NCBI GenBank assembly: GCA_965112155.1
Contig: OZ218108.1
Length of the DNA: 64,000 nt
From: Podarcis liolepis
Taxonomy: Eukaryota
Strand: one strand, 5' to 3'
Shown here: positions 1-13,523 of the stretch, one piece after another
Layout of the letters: each line of letters begins with the position of its first letter
Position numbering within the stretch: the first letter of the stretch is position 1
Program-made: the position numbers and the translations under genes
Notes under the pieces: generated by a model
Told to the model about the DNA's origin: nothing
Seen by the model: the letters and a program-made list of their open reading frames with translations, nothing else
The model's database searches: none

Positions 1-727
1 TTCAGGCACCCCTGCCAGCCTCTACCCACAGAGTAACTGCTGGCATGGAGCTCTTCATTCCATTTGCTGGATGGGCAGAAGTACTGTGGGATCCCCTGGG
101 GCAGTAGCTCACAGCTCGAAAACAAGGGTGTTCCAAGGTGGGGCTAGCCCATACTGGGATCTGCTTGATCCTTAGCCTCACTGATGTCACTTGATGGCAT
201 CTGGCCAATATAGGCTTAGTTGCTGCTCCTTTGCCTTCTCTGCCAGTCAGCACAAGTGATGGAGCTCTGGTGATGGCTCTCTTACTCCACCATGCCCCGC
301 TGCTGCTCAACCAGGATTTGGATTGTCCTGTAAGCTATATCTAATAGCACTTCCAACTTTAAAAAAGGAATAATATATTTGTCCTGTTAATCTTTTCTAA
401 AACCTTATAGGATATGGTAACAGTTTGTACATGCTGTTAAAAGAACTAGCCTTCAGTGGAGAAATGTGTATAAAATATGTGACAAAGCTCTTCTCCTGTG
501 TGCTGGTGGTGCTCAAAGAAGACTTATTTAGCTTGGCCCTAAAAGGAAAAACATTAGAGAGTTGTGATCTCCCAGGTTTTTAGTTTTGGAGCGGGGCATT
601 CAGAATCAGGACTGAAGCCTGAGGAACTACAGGTTAATCCCCCATGCTATTTTCAGCTGTTATTTCCCCATTAGGGCAATCATACAAGTACACTAGTTCC
701 AAAATGGGGTGAGTAGGAGGTAGGGAA

Positions 728-1077
728 GGACACGGGTGGCACTGTGGTCTAAACCACAGAGCCTAGGGCTTGCCGATCAGAAGGTTGGCAGTTTGAATCC
801 CCGCAATGCGGTGAGCTCCCATTGCTCGGTCCCTACTCCTGCTAACCTAGCAGTTCGAAAGCACGTCAAAGTGCAAGTAGATAAATAGGTACCGCTCTGG
901 TGGGAAGGTAAATGGCGTTTCTGTGCGCTGCTCTGGTTCACCAGAAGTGGCTTAGTCATGCTGGCCACATGACCCAGAAGCTGTACGCTGGCTCCCTCAG
1001 CCAATAAAGCAAGATGAGCACCACAACCCCAGAGTCGTCCGTGACTGGACCTTAATGGTCAGGGGTCCCTTTACCTT
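728..1077 (+). mobile_element. Sauria SINE, near full length
   Basis: tRNA-like head (gggtggcactgtggtctaaacc...gtttgaatccc), typical body (ctagcagttcgaaagcacgtcaaagtgcaagtagataaatagg) and (acctt) tail. Near-perfect TSD taggaggtagggaa / taggagctagggaa. Confidence 0.9.
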
Positions 1078-1976
1078 TAGGAGCTAGGGAATCTTTGCAG
1101 TTGGCAGGTTGCCACATGACAGAGTGATCTACATGTACCCATATAGAAGTGACTTCCATATAGGAATTTGTCAGGTATTAGTTACTTGAATACTAAAAGT
1201 TACTTTGTCAGCACTGTGTACATATGTGCTTAATTGTAAAAACATGTCTCTTTCTAGATTTGCTTAAGGTTTTAAATACCTATTAAATACTTACTGATTT
1301 AATACAAGTTATTAACCTTTAACTGCAAAGACAGGCTTGTACCCCAAATTTCCTTTTGAGCATGTTCACAAATCAGGGTTTTCCCACAGGCCTGTTACCA
1401 ATGCACCTCTGAAAATCTGTTTTTGAGAGCTGGAAGTCTCTTGAGAATGGTGCAGGGGGCTATAGATGGAGAAAAGTTGCAAAAATCAACCGTCTTCTTA
1501 CATTAGAAGAACAAATTAGAATCCAAGCCATAGTTTGAGAAGAATATTGTAATGCCTGTGTCTTACAGTAAAACCATTTTGAGATCAGCATCTTGCAAAA
1601 CTCGCTTCCTATTTATTTTTCTATTCATATCCTGTTTTTTTAAATTGGAGTCTTCAAAGAGGCTCTCAACATTTATAAAATGCATTGGAAACATTAAAAA
1701 CTATACATCTTTAACACCAACAAACTGATTCCGTTTAAGCAGGCACTTGATGTCCTTCCACACCCATGTCCTTCCTGGATTCCTTCTCACACAGCAATTT
1801 TTCTTATAAACACTTTTGGCAAAAGCAAAAGTTTCATACTGTGCTGCATTTCCACTTCATGTCAGTGTTTGAGTTGTTTTGTATTGCATCTTTGCCATTT
1901 AAAACATTACTTTTATAAAGCTGGCTGATTTTGTTAATTAAATGTCATGGCTTTCAATTATCATAATATCTTTTAG

Positions 1977-2019
1977 GTGAAGAATTAACAAAATCAAAGC
2001 TTTCTGCTTCATCTAATGA
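1977..2019 (+). CDS. FCHO2: FCHO2 internal coding exon (xEELTKSKLSASSNE), phase 1-2
   Basis: ttttag|GTGAAGAA...AATGA|gtaagt; 43 bp; matches the recalled FCHO2 linker EELTKSK; phase joins the next exon. Confidence 0.85.
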
Positions 2020-3630
2020 GTAAGTTTCACATTAGACATTTATTTTTATTTGAAGAGTCACTGATTATTAGGTTTGAAGGGCTTTCTCCCTGCCCCCCGC
2101 CCCCCCAGATTCCTGTGTCCAGTGTTCAGTTCTGATGTGACAGTTTAGGTGTGGGCTGCTTGGGACTCCAAAAGATGAATTTCTGCATTTATTTCTTTAT
2201 TTATTCATCCTTCACTTTGGCTGCTTACCTGACTCTCCTTTTAATTTGTGCTCATATCATATGATACATAGTATTTCCAGAATAAAACAATTAAGATGAA
2301 AGTTTGATAATTACCTGTAGCATAAATACGATGTACATAACTTTGCATCTGAAAATTTATGTATGATCTGCCAGAAGAATATAAATCACTTTCTTGCTGT
2401 CATAAGCCAAAATATTTTTGTTATCCATAAGTAAAAAAAAAATTGCCTTATTGTCAACCTAAATTCTACAAGGCCATATTGGAAAAAATAATAGCATGGT
2501 TGCAGACCAAGGCCAAAAAGAATCAATTAACTTGCTAGCCATACATGATTCCATCCCCACCCTGAAGTGCTGCTCTTATGCAGTCTTAAAGCTCAATCAG
2601 GAACCTTTAGAAGCTGCCATTATATAGGAAGTTCTTCAGTGGAGTGCTAAACAGATTGCTTTGTCAGTGCAAGCTTTTCTGCTTGTCTGAGGGAATTAAC
2701 TGCCCTCTCCTCTCCCCCATGCATTGTTTCGGGAGTTCTCCTGCCCCTCCTGAGTAAATTTGGGGGTACAGGGGACACGTAGTGGAAGCAGGGGAAAGCC
2801 CAATTGTACTAATGGAACTTGGGGGGTGCAGTTAGTTGAATCTGGCCCATACTTATTGTGTGTAAAATGTATTTTGTTCTATTTGAATCAGAAGGTTTTT
2901 TTAAGTCAAATAAAACAGATTTGTGACAGAATTTGATTCAGATGCTTACAGAAGGGGTTTCATTCCATCCGCCTTTTCCAAATAAAAAAATATAGTATAG
3001 CAAATTTCAATATGTCCTCATTATGCACCATGTTTTTCTTTACTTTTAAAAAAGAATTTAATAATTGTTTGGTCAACAGTTGTTTAATCTTATTTTACAA
3101 ACACACAAGTTCCCAAAGTGGTTTATGGCACATAAAATAGAAACATCAGTAGCAAAAGTAACATTGGCATGTCAAACAATTGACAGTTTCAGGGACAATG
3201 TCTATGATAATTCAATAGACCATTAAACAGTAACCCAGCAGCTCAAAGCAGCTGTAGGAGTTCTGTAGGAGTGCACAGATGTAAAAATAGATTAAAGCTA
3301 CAGTATTCACCTGACTAAGCTGGTAGTAAACCCCATTGAATTCAGTAGGGCTTATTTATGAGTGGAAATAGTTAGGATTGCATTATTAATTAGCCAAGGT
3401 CTCAAAAATGGCAACAATGGATTAAAAGCTATAAGAATGGTAATACTTTATATTGATTTAAAAAAACCACTAGTATTCTCCCTTTCAACATTTGTAAGGG
3501 AATAGTTTCTGGTGTGAAATATTTAAGTATGCATTATTATTATTTTAATATGCATATGCAGCTTCAACTGTTAGTTCAGTTCTAAAAACATACCTGGTAT
3601 GATTTATATTCATTTTATGATGACATATAG

Positions 3631-3725
3631 GAAGGGGAACAATGACCTCCTGGCATGGGATCCACTCTTTAGGAATTCTGGTGATTCAGCCTCCCTGACT
3701 TCAACAATGTCTTCATCTTCATCAG
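3631..3725 (+). CDS. FCHO2: FCHO2 coding exon (KGNNDLLAWDPLFRNSG...SSSS)
   Basis: atatag|GAAGGG...TCAG|gtaggt; 95 bp; DLLAWDPLF motif of the FCHO linker. Confidence 0.93.
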
Positions 3726-4261
3726 GTAGGTTTATTATTAACAGAGAAAAGCCCATGGAAGTGCCTCTTTTTCCATTGGAAAGCTTTAATGACAAGTGTG
3801 CAATGTAAATAGGATTTTCAAACGTAGTCACAGTAATGTCAACTTACATATGATTTCTAAAAAAGAAAATGCTGATGAAGAACACGCAGATCCCACTTAC
3901 TGAACACAATGTGTTCCCTGGAAAGTATTTGCATAACGAGTCCATGATTTCCATTGATTCCTAGGGGAACATTTCTAATCTGGGATTTTTCTGATCTCAC
4001 CACTTTTTCAATGATTTTTTTTTAAAATGACTGTAGCCAAACAGAGACAAAGAGAAAAAATGATTTGTCCAATCTTTCCTCCCCTGATTTGTCCAATCTC
4101 CTTCTCTCCCTCCCTGCATGGTTTCTGCCTGAAAATGGTTCCAGCTCCCCATCCCTCAAGTACCAGTGATACACACCAGGTCACCCCATTCATTCATGAT
4201 CAGATCACGGATCAGCCTGGTTTTATTACAGACAGTAATGAAGATGCTGCTTCTTGATTGA

Positions 4262-4558
4262 GTCTTGCTCTCCCCGCTTCAGCAAAAGGAACTCGAAGCC
4301 TCCGGAGCGCAGCAGGAACTCCCTGAAGCCCAGAGAGTGAGAGGGGTCGGTGCGCACCGGCCCCTCTCGCTCTCCAGGCTTCAGTGAAAGCAACGCGAAG
4401 CCAAGGAGTGCGGAGGGAGCGCTCCCTCTGCGCTTTGGAGGCTTCGTGTTGCTATCGCTGAAGCCAAGGAGCCTGCATTCGCTCCATAGGATGCACACAC
4501 ATTTCCCCTTAATTATTTTTTTTTGGGGGGGGTGCGTCTTATAGAGTGAAAAATACGG
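4262..4558 (+). mobile_element. One-ended fragment of a Tc1/mariner (Tigger-like) MITE, same family as 12141-12943
   Basis: Right TIR gtgcgtcttatagagtgaaaaatacgg followed by TA. Shares the internal hairpin ctgaagcc...gtgcgcac...ggcttcag with 12791-12852. Left TIR not found; left boundary approximate. Confidence 0.75.
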
Positions 4559-4770
4559 TACTTTCTAGTGCTGCTTTTTAGAGTAGTATTCATACTATTG
4601 TTACTACTTGACCACCAATGTTGTGGTCAGTACTGTTGAACTGTTTAGTCCAGTAGTTTCTATGTTTAAATTAGTTTTCTATTCTAATAATTAGTGTACT
4701 AGAATATTTTATTGCTTTTCGTAAATGTAAATTTTATAGAAATACATTAATCTTTACTATTGCCTTCCAG

Positions 4771-4877
4771 CAAGACCAACTACCCCTCTTTCTGTGGGTA
4801 CCTTAGTGCCTCCTCCAAGACCAGCTTCTAGACCAAAGTTGACTGCTGCAGGGAAACTCAGTGGAATTAACGAAATT
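4771..4877 (+). CDS. FCHO2: FCHO2 coding exon ([36 protein letters not shown])
   Basis: ttccag|CAAGAC...GAAATT|gtaaga; 107 bp; phase 1-0. Confidence 0.95.
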
Positions 4878-4978
4878 GTAAGAGCAATGCAACTTGCCTT
4901 AAGTTATATTTATCTCTCAGTGTAGCTTTTCCCACTTAACTTTTGTATGTATTCATGCTTTTGCATTTTGTTTTCAAG

Positions 4979-5108
4979 CCAAGGCCATTCAGCCCTCCTT
5001 TGACCTCCAATTCCAGCCCACCTCCTTCAGCTCCTTTGGCACGTGCAGAGAGTTCCTCCTCAATATCATCTTCTGCTTCATTAAGTGCAGCAAATACACC
5101 TACAGTTG
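4979..5108 (+). CDS. FCHO2: FCHO2 coding exon ([43 protein letters not shown])
   Basis: ttcaag|CCAAGG...GTTG|gtaagg; 130 bp; preceded by a 101-bp intron. Confidence 0.95.
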
Positions 5109-5274
5109 GTAAGGAAGTCTATCAGTGATTCCCTGTGTAGTATCTAATTCTAAAACTTTATTAGCCTTTGAAAAATGGATATAAAAACTATTTATAAATC
5201 CTTTATATGAGATGTGAAAGAATTTGTTTAGGAATAAAGGAGCTACTCCAAAAAGGGTCTCTTCACCAGGCGCG

Positions 5275-5300
5275 CACACACACACACACACACACACACC
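5275..5300. repeat. (CA)n microsatellite
   Basis: Direct reading. Confidence 0.9.
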
Positions 5301-5841
5301 ACACATTGCAAACATGCAATGACAGGATTCATTTAAACAGGATTTTAGACTTTAAACATAGGTGATCTATATGTTTCTACAAGTGGGATATCTGCATGAC
5401 AAAGCCTATGAGGTACTGATAAGTTTATTTTTTGAGAGAATACTTATTTTCATAGGTGAAGTTTTTCTCCCTCTGTGAAAAAGCCTTTTTAAAATAGCTA
5501 ATTATTAAATTGGTTGTCTGGTGTTGTTCATGATAACAAGCAATTATCCAAACAGATTTTTCTGGATTGATTTTCAAAGCCATTTAAGATGCAGCATTTG
5601 ACAAATTTGGCTTTGCTCTCTTAAAAATCATTGTATCAGCTGAATGGAAAGCATTTTTAATGTGTTCACTAGCAGTATGTAGAATGTTCAGCTGTTGTCT
5701 GGGGGTCATGTTAGCTGTCTTATAACTTCTGCCTCTTGCTTCAGGCCAAGAGAAAGGAACTTATGCAGCTTCCTTCCTTCCTTCTTTCCCTCCTGTTGGT
5801 TGGTTATAAGCCGCTTTGGGTTGCCTTTGGCAAGATTTAAT

Positions 5842-5842
<1 letters not shown>

Positions 5843-5873
<31 letters not shown>
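5843..5873. repeat. (AAT)n microsatellite
   Basis: Direct reading; explains the poly-Ile pseudo-ORF. Confidence 0.9.
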
Positions 5874-5874
<1 letters not shown>

Positions 5875-6672
5875 GTTACCCAAATTATTTCTGTAATGTG
5901 TTATTTTAAATAAATTCCTTCTTATTTTTCATCACCATCTTCCTAGGTAATCCTTTTTAAAGTTACAAAACATACAGAATTACTTGGCATTTATTCTGTT
6001 TTATACGTTATTGTAAGAAACGTTCAAAAATAAAGCTGTATTCACAGTGTGGGGATTCCAATGCCCAGCTGGCTTTGCCCCCTGCTGTGCTTGTGCCAGG
6101 CCTGTCAGCATATGGGCCCTGGGTACATGGTCTCTAGCCCTCAAAGCCATCTGTGTGAGGGAAGAGTGTTCTGCAGATTGGGCCTACAGAGCCTTATTTC
6201 CAAGGAGCAAAGAGGGCCAGTAGGTGTTGTTTCAGTCTTCCACTACACATAGATATTATGTCACCTGCATTACTCTGAAACATTTTGTTGCTGTAGAACT
6301 ACATGGTTTCTTGTTCTTTCCAAAGTGGAAAAAAATGATGTGATTATCTTACTTTAAAGTGGGCAAGGAAAAGTTACTTTTCTGCAGTCATTATAGAGGA
6401 AATGGAAATAATTGACATTAACTGGTGGAGTCCTTTGTTAAATATAGACTTGTTATCTATATTAAATTGTTGATGTGATGCATGTATGCACAGGTATTTT
6501 CTTCCAAAAATCCTAGTGCAATATCTTAAAATCTGCATCATCTAATATTTGTACTTTAGTATTAAGTCTTACATTAATAATTAATGTCTTTTGAAATTCA
6601 TAGCTGAAGTAATCCATCTTTGAAGTTGCTAACATGATAGGAAATGACATCAATAAACTCTATGCATTCTAG

Positions 6673-6784
6673 GTATTTCACGTGGCCCTAGCCCTGTCAG
6701 CCTTGGAAACCAGGACACTTTGCCTGTTGCAGTGGCCCTTACTGAGTCTGTTAATGCCTACTTCAAAGGAGCAGATCCCACAAA
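6673..6784 (+). CDS. FCHO2: FCHO2 coding exon, start of mu-homology domain ([38 protein letters not shown])
   Basis: ttctag|GTATTT...ACAAA|gttagt; 112 bp; phase 1-2. Confidence 0.96.
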
Positions 6785-7752
6785 GTTAGTGAAACATTTG
6801 TTTTGAATTTTATATCTTGCATTAAAAAAACAGATTAAGGTTTTTGTTTTGTTTTTTGCTTTGGAAAAAATAATGGAACTTCAGAAATGAAATTCTAATG
6901 TATATTGTCCAGTGTCTATTTGGATAAATACACTGCTGATGAAAGTATGGATTATGTTGTTAGATAACTATTGAATGTCATTCAATACCTGCATCAGACT
7001 TGGTTTTCATTTTTATTTATGAATGATTCTTAGGGTAATATTAAGCTGTGACTTCCAACTTGTACATCAGACTTCTGCTTATGCAAACAGGTCTCCCTTT
7101 TGTCTCCTTCCCTCTGTAGCCCCAAAAAATTGCTCCATAAGGTTGGGGGACCTTCTGGAGTAGCTGGGGAATAGATGAGGAGACAGGTAGCTCCCAAGAG
7201 GAGATGAAAAGTATCACATCTACTGGTGTGGCATTGGATCTCGCTGTTCGTGGGAACAAAGTCTACCCAGTACCATATTTATATACCACTTTTCTACATA
7301 AAAAGGCATAAAAGCTAACAATGTATAAGAGCACACAAGAAGCCATTTCAGAGCCTAGATATAGCATTTATTACCTGTTTCTGAAAGGCAACAAGTTAGG
7401 CAAGTTGTCCTCTTGAGGGAGGGAATTTTACAGTTCTGGAGCTATCACAGAGAAAGCCCAGCTCCCAACTGGAGATGGTCTAGCATCCAAAAAAGACCTC
7501 AAGCAATATTTCACTGGTTGACCATAATGGGAGTCATGAGGCATTCCAAAGGTACTCAGAAAACTTTCTGCTGAAATCTCTCCTAGTTCTAAAATTGCAT
7601 TATAAATGAGCAATCTTAGTAAATTTGTATGTTAACTAATACTTTTTTCCAGTTAGATTGTTATAACAACAGACATGTTTTTACTAAATGTAGCATGCAT
7701 TCTATAGTTTCTTGTGAAAGTAATGCTTGTAATTTTACATCTTTTTTTTTAG

Positions 7753-7908
7753 ATGTATTGTGAAAATCACTGGTGATATGACAGTCTCATTCCCAAGTGG
7801 AATTATTAAAGTCTTCACCAGCAATCCATCTCCAGCTGTGCTCTGCTTCAGGGTAAAAAACACAAGCAAACTAGAGCAGGTTCTTCCAAATGCACAACTT
7901 GTATACAG
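7753..7908 (+). CDS. FCHO2: FCHO2 coding exon ([25 protein letters not shown]...PNAQLVYS)
   Basis: tttag|ATGTATT...TACAG|gttttg; 156 bp; phase 2-2. Confidence 0.96.
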
Positions 7909-9977
7909 GTTTTGTATTTTTTTATCTAATAGTAAACTATCTAATCTATAAATGTGCTTTGTTGCATTATTACCTTTTTATACATTCTCTCATGCTGAAA
8001 CCCTGTTCACCCTGCAAATATGCTTTGGTAAATTGCATTGTATATTTTATGCTTGTCGTCTTTTTCAACATCTGCATTCCAATTCTAGTGTTACTTTTAG
8101 AGATTTAATAAACTTGCAAGTTTCCATTAGAGCTCACTTAGAACAAATTACTGAAATAACCTAATTTCAAACCATAAACATTTTTCGTAGTACCATGATT
8201 CACAGCTCCTTAAAAAGCTCCCCCACCCCCTGCCAGGTTCACCACACAGAGTCCACATTGCATGCACACACAAGACATAGAAACAATTCCCAGAGGGGTA
8301 ATTCATAGAGCAGTAGTGGGTCCATGGTGTATGAGAACTGGATGAATGCTAAATAAATGGTGGTGTTAAAGAAATGCATAGCGGCAGTGTTAATTAACCA
8401 TAACGTCCACAGCTGTAGTGCACTATTTCATGGGTAACAGGGATGTCTTCCCACCTCCTAACTATGCTGGTATTCATTACCCCATGAAGCTAGTTGCATT
8501 TCCTCATATGGTTTGATATTACAAACAGATTACATAGTATGCTTCATTTCCTCAAGGCAAGCATCTAATGCTTTTTGTGATTTATTTTATTTTATTTACA
8601 TTATTTTTCAAAACATACTAAGCTCCTTCATTTGAGGAAGGATTTAATCCAGTTTTGAAACATGTGTTAGAGAATAGTTCAGACATCACTCATCACATCA
8701 AACTGGAAAACTAAAATTGTATCACCTGTAAATGTTTAGGTACAATTTTAACTTGTTGATTTGTGCCTGTGTGCCATCATAAGGATATGTGTCATGAGTC
8801 CCCATAGGTGTTTGGCTTGCAGGTTGAAAGTATGGCAATACATTCTCTTATCAGAATTCTTTGATTCCCAGGCATTATGGAAATATGAGGGTCACTCTGC
8901 AATTTACTAGCTTTCTGCAGGCTCAGGATATGCCATATATCTTCAGGATTGCTTTTTAAACAATTGGCCGTACACAACACACTAGAGTACCTCATTCATT
9001 CCTAAGAAACTACAGCCTTCATTTTGGGTTTACATATGGATTACACTGGTCTCTTAATCGCAGTCACCTAATTATGTTCTGAGCCAATGAAACAAAAGTT
9101 GATTTCTTTACTCAGTACAGAACGTGTTCACTGTGGGCAGCTGCTCAAGCTGGACAGAAACTGCTATGTAATAGACACATATGAGAGTGATTAAGGCTAC
9201 GGTCTTAGACCAGCTGTCTCTCTTACTGGACAACATGAATTTTCCCCAGGATATGCTGTTTGTGTGTTTAAAATGACCATGCTAAATTCATCCTGGGCTG
9301 CTCCTGTCTGTGTGTTACAGTGGAAGTAGACTTCCAGCTACTTCATATAGCACCCACTGTGTAAAAATGCAAAACTGAGTATAAAATTGTACACGTGGTA
9401 TATTGCAGTGTATTGCAACATTTTTACCATCATACTTTATTCATTTACTTACATACTGCTTTTTATTTATACATCATAAAGCAGTTCACAATATGCATAA
9501 AACCATTAAAATAAAGAAATAACAGTTGAACTTTCCAGATAGTCATATAATTTCAGCAACTGCAGAAGCCAAAGAATTTACATATAGGGTGCTGAGGCAG
9601 AGAATGTGTGAAATGCCAAGTCCTTCTAGTTATATATGGGCAGAGGGGAAGTGAAACCAGAAACTTTCGAGTTGTAATTTAGCCTCTCTGCTACAGCTAA
9701 ACATCCAGAGCAGAGACAAAGTCACTGTTCTGCAAATATGCAAGAGTTCATTTAGTTTTAATTGGTGGGTTCCATAGCAGCTCCCATTGGTCTGTGTGAT
9801 CTTCTGCAAAGGTATAAAACAGTTCTTCTGTGTGTGCTGCGGGCCCTTTGGATCCAACCCCCATCCATAGAAGTAGTTTTAAAAGATGGTTAAAAACTTT
9901 GTATTCCTTCTTTTGCAAAACATTTCCAATATGTAAGAAATCTAAAACCTGTGTTTTCACCAACTTTTTGTGCACAG

Positions 9978-10110
9978 TGATCCATCACAAAGCGATTCCA
10001 ATGTAAGAGATTTTTGGATGGACATGCAAGCTGTTACAGTCTACCTCAAGAAGCTATCGGAACAGAATCCTTCAGCTTCTTACTATAATGTAGATGTTCT
10101 AAAATATCAG
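9978..10110 (+). CDS. FCHO2: FCHO2 coding exon ([44 protein letters not shown])
   Basis: gcacag|TGATCC...TATCAG|gtaact; 133 bp; phase 2-0. Confidence 0.96.
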
Positions 10111-10610
10111 GTAACTTTTTATTTTTTACTTTACTTACACCACACTAGCTTGGCCTTGCATCTGACTGCAAAAAAGCAATTGACTCTTCCCTTGATTAAT
10201 TTGTTCAGACTGGTTTTTTCCACAATATTTATAGAAACATTCTGGTATTTTCTTTTTAAGGCTCATATATGATAACCTAATACTTCTGATCTTGGCTGTT
10301 GTCCTAGCTGCAACATGCTGTTTGTTGCCTTTTTTGCCCAGATGGGTTCAAAGATCAGGACGAATATTTTGCAGTACTGAAAGACACATCTTGGACCCAA
10401 GAGTTCATAACTTCAGTCTGTGCCTTTATCATCTAAAAGTATTTCCTGGCAATGTAGCCATTTTCAGGACTTTTTATAGTAATGTGGTTAATTTATACAT
10501 ATTAAGTGTAAAGTTTCTGATTAAGTATATTTTGCAGAACGCAGCACAAAATTGAAACTTTATAGTTTTCATTATTGGACCTAAAAGTCATTATTTGATT
10601 ATTTTCAAAG

Positions 10611-10810
10611 GTATCTTCAAATGGCATCCAATCTACACCTCTGAATCTTGCTACATACTGGAAGTGCAATAGTAACACTACTGATGTAAGAGTCGATTAC
10701 AAATACAACCCGGCCTCTATGGCAGTGCCAGCTATGCTTTCTAATATACAGGTCATGGTACCAGTTGATGGAGGTGTAATGAATATGCAGTCACTTCCTC
10801 CAGCAAAATG
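10611..10810 (+). CDS. FCHO2: FCHO2 coding exon ([19 protein letters not shown]...[18 protein letters not shown])
   Basis: tcaaag|GTATCT...AAAATG|gtaatt; 200 bp; phase 0-2. Confidence 0.96.
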
Positions 10811-11406
10811 GTAATTTTTTTAAAAAATATTATTATTATTTTACTGCTGATACTACATGGAATTCATTCCACTATGCTGCTGCTGTTTTACATCTGAAAC
10901 ATTGTGAAAAGCAATCCTTTTATTTTTAAATTTTTCACACCATGGTACTGATATTAGGGGTGCTGTACGTCTCCTGAAAGATAATATACAGAAAACTAGG
11001 TTTTCTGCTTTAGTACAAACCTTCAACAAAACAATGACTTTTCCAAGATATTTTAGACTACAACGTTAATTTCCTTGTTCTGCCCAGCATCTAGCATATT
11101 CTTGTTAAGTAAAAAGAAAAAATTAAAGTTAATGAAAATATTAAAATATTTATTTAAGCAATATATATCCTGCTACGATTGTCTCCTATCAGTCTACAGG
11201 CATACAATACAAAAAAAAAGTACAAATCAATTTAAACTATAAAATCAAACTTCAATTAAAGTGCCTGCTGGAATTAAAAGAGAAGTCTTCAATAGGCACT
11301 GAACTTTCAAAAGTAAGCCAGCCTGTATGATCTTTACCTGGAAGGGAGTTCTATAAAAATTTGCCATTAGGCTGCAGTCCAATAACCAGACGTTACTTCT
11401 TAACAG

Positions 11407-11471
11407 GAATTCAGAGCAGATGAAAGCTTTATGGAAATTATCTAGTATTTCAGAAAAATCAGAAAATGGAG
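11407..11471 (+). CDS. FCHO2: FCHO2 coding exon (NSEQMKALWKLSSISEKSENG)
   Basis: taacag|GAATTC...TGGAG|gtaaga; 65 bp; phase 2-1. Confidence 0.95.
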
Positions 11472-11709
11472 GTAAGAAAGTATTTTTAAAAAATTAAAGT
11501 TAACCAGTATATATTTCTTGTTTATCTTCTATTTCAAATTTAACAAGTAAGCAGTGGGAAACTGATGCACACTTAATGGTGTGTCTGGTATATAGATAAT
11601 ATTATACATTTTCCACATTTTTATATGTATTATATATTTATATCAGTGTATTTACATGTCTTCGGGGGGACCCTTTCAGGTGGAAAAAGATGCCTACTAA
11701 TGTATTTCT

Positions 11710-12066
11710 GGGTGGCGTTGTGGTCCAAACCACTGAGCCTCTTGGGCTTTCCGATCAGAAGGTTGGCGGTTTGAATCCCCGTGACGGGGTGAGCTCCTGT
11801 TGCTCGGTCCCAGCTCCTGCCAACCTAACAGTTCGAAAGCACGTCAAAGTGCAAGTGGATAAATAGGTGCCGCTTCGGCGGGAAGGGAAACAGCGTTTCC
11901 GTGCGCTGCTCTGGTTCCCCAAAAGCGGCTTAGTCATGCTGGCCACATGACTCGGAAAGCTGTCTGTGGACAAATGCCAGCTCCCTCAGCCTATAGAGTG
12001 AGATGAGCGCCGCAACCCCAGAGCAGTCCGCGACTGGACTTAACGGTCAGGGGTCCCTTTACCTTT
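11710..12066 (+). mobile_element. Sauria SINE
   Basis: Same family as 728-1077; perfect TSD taatgtatttct at 11698-11709 and 12067-12078. Confidence 0.92.
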
Positions 12067-12140
12067 TAATGTATTTCTAGGTCTCTTTTGTTCGAAGGCA
12101 CTTTTATGATTTACCTTACCTTCAAAAATAAATTCAACTA

Positions 12141-12943
12141 CCGTATTTTTCGCCCCATAGGACGCACCGGCCCATAGGATGCACCAAGTTTTTTTGGGGG
12201 GAAATAAAGAAAAAAAATTTATTCCCCCCCCCCAGGCGCTTGTGGGGTCGGCAGCGGGGAGAAGCGCTCATCTCCCCGCCACCCGCCTGCAGACCAGGTC
12301 TGGGGACAGTGGGAAGACGCGCTGCGCCTCCCAGCTGTCCCCGGAGCTTGCAGGGCAGGCGGCAGGGAGAAGCGCTCTTCTCCCCGCCGCCCGCCTGCAG
12401 ACCAGGTCCGGGGACAGCGGGAAGACGCGCTGCGCCTCCCAGCTGTCCCCGGAGCTTGCAGGGCTGGCAGCGGGGAGAAGCGCTCTTCTCCCCGCCGCCC
12501 GCCTGCAGACCAGGTCCGGGGACAGCGGGAAGACGCGCTGCGCCTCCCAGCTGTCCCCGGAGCTTGTGGGGCCGGCAGCGGGGAGAAGCGCTCTTCTCCC
12601 CGCCGCCCGCCTGCAGAGCAGGTCTGGGGACAGCGGGAAGACGCTGTCCCCGGAGCTTGTGGGGCTGGCGGCGGGGAGAAGCACGCGTCTCCCCGCTGTC
12701 AGCCTCCAAACCACATCGGGAGACAGTGGGATGGCGGCGTTCCGCCTCCCCGCTGTCCCCCGACCTTGTGGGGCTGGCGCTGCGGCTCTCCTGAAGCCTG
12801 GAGAGCGAGAGGGGTCGGTGCGCACCGAGCTCTCTCGCTTTCCAGGCTTCAGCGAAAGCCTGCATTTGCCCCATAGGACGCACACACATTTCCCCTTCAT
12901 TTTTGGAGGGGGAAAACTGCGTCCTATAGGGCGAAAAATACGG
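12141..12943. mobile_element. Non-autonomous Tc1/mariner (Tigger-like) DNA transposon with GC-rich internal tandem repeat
   Basis: 26-bp TIRs ccgtatttttcgccccataggacgca / tgcgtcctatagggcgaaaaatacgg (1 mismatch); TA on both sides. Confidence 0.9.
12240..12700. repeat. 108-bp GC-rich tandem repeat, about 4 copies, inside the MITE
   Basis: gggagaagcg recurs at 12257, 12365, 12473 and 12581; the ORF track shows a 36-aa period in several frames. Confidence 0.92.
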
Positions 12944-13523
12944 TATATATTTGCAGTTTTAAAGTTTGCCTTGGATATTATACGCTGTCGCTTTGGTCAT
13001 CAAAATAGCAATGAGAAATAGTGGTTTTGCCTATTTATCCTAAACTCAATGAAAGGAAACCATGGATAAGTTTAAATGAATGAGTGTGCAACCGCAGGCT
13101 GTGAAAATGTGGTCACTTCCTCCTCTAGTCCTTCTACCACACTACCTGGACCTAGGTCAGCTGATCAGTGCAGTCAGTGAGCCCCAAGTGCCAACTGGAA
13201 GCTTAAATTCCCAGTTGCTCCTTTGCAGCTGTGTCTTAACCTACCCACATTTGACATCACATTACATCAGGTGTAGAGCAAGTAGATGTGGTTTGAGGGA
13301 AATGCCATTGCAAGCCACATTAGAAGTCCTACTGGGCCTAAATAGGTCCATGGACTGGAGGTTCCCCACTGCAGATGTTGACTTTTTATGTGCTGAAATG
13401 TACATGCCTGTATTATTGACTTATCAAAGCATCCTCCAAATTATTTCCCATCAAGCTAGATGTTGCATTACAAACCAAGTCCTTAATTATTATTCACTTT
13501 GTGTGTGTTTTTCCCCTGAATAG

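Noticed and set aside
12134-13021. 184-280 aa repetitive ORFs as a protein-coding gene
   Set aside because: They arise from a 108-bp tandem unit inside a TIR-bounded MITE within an FCHO2 intron.
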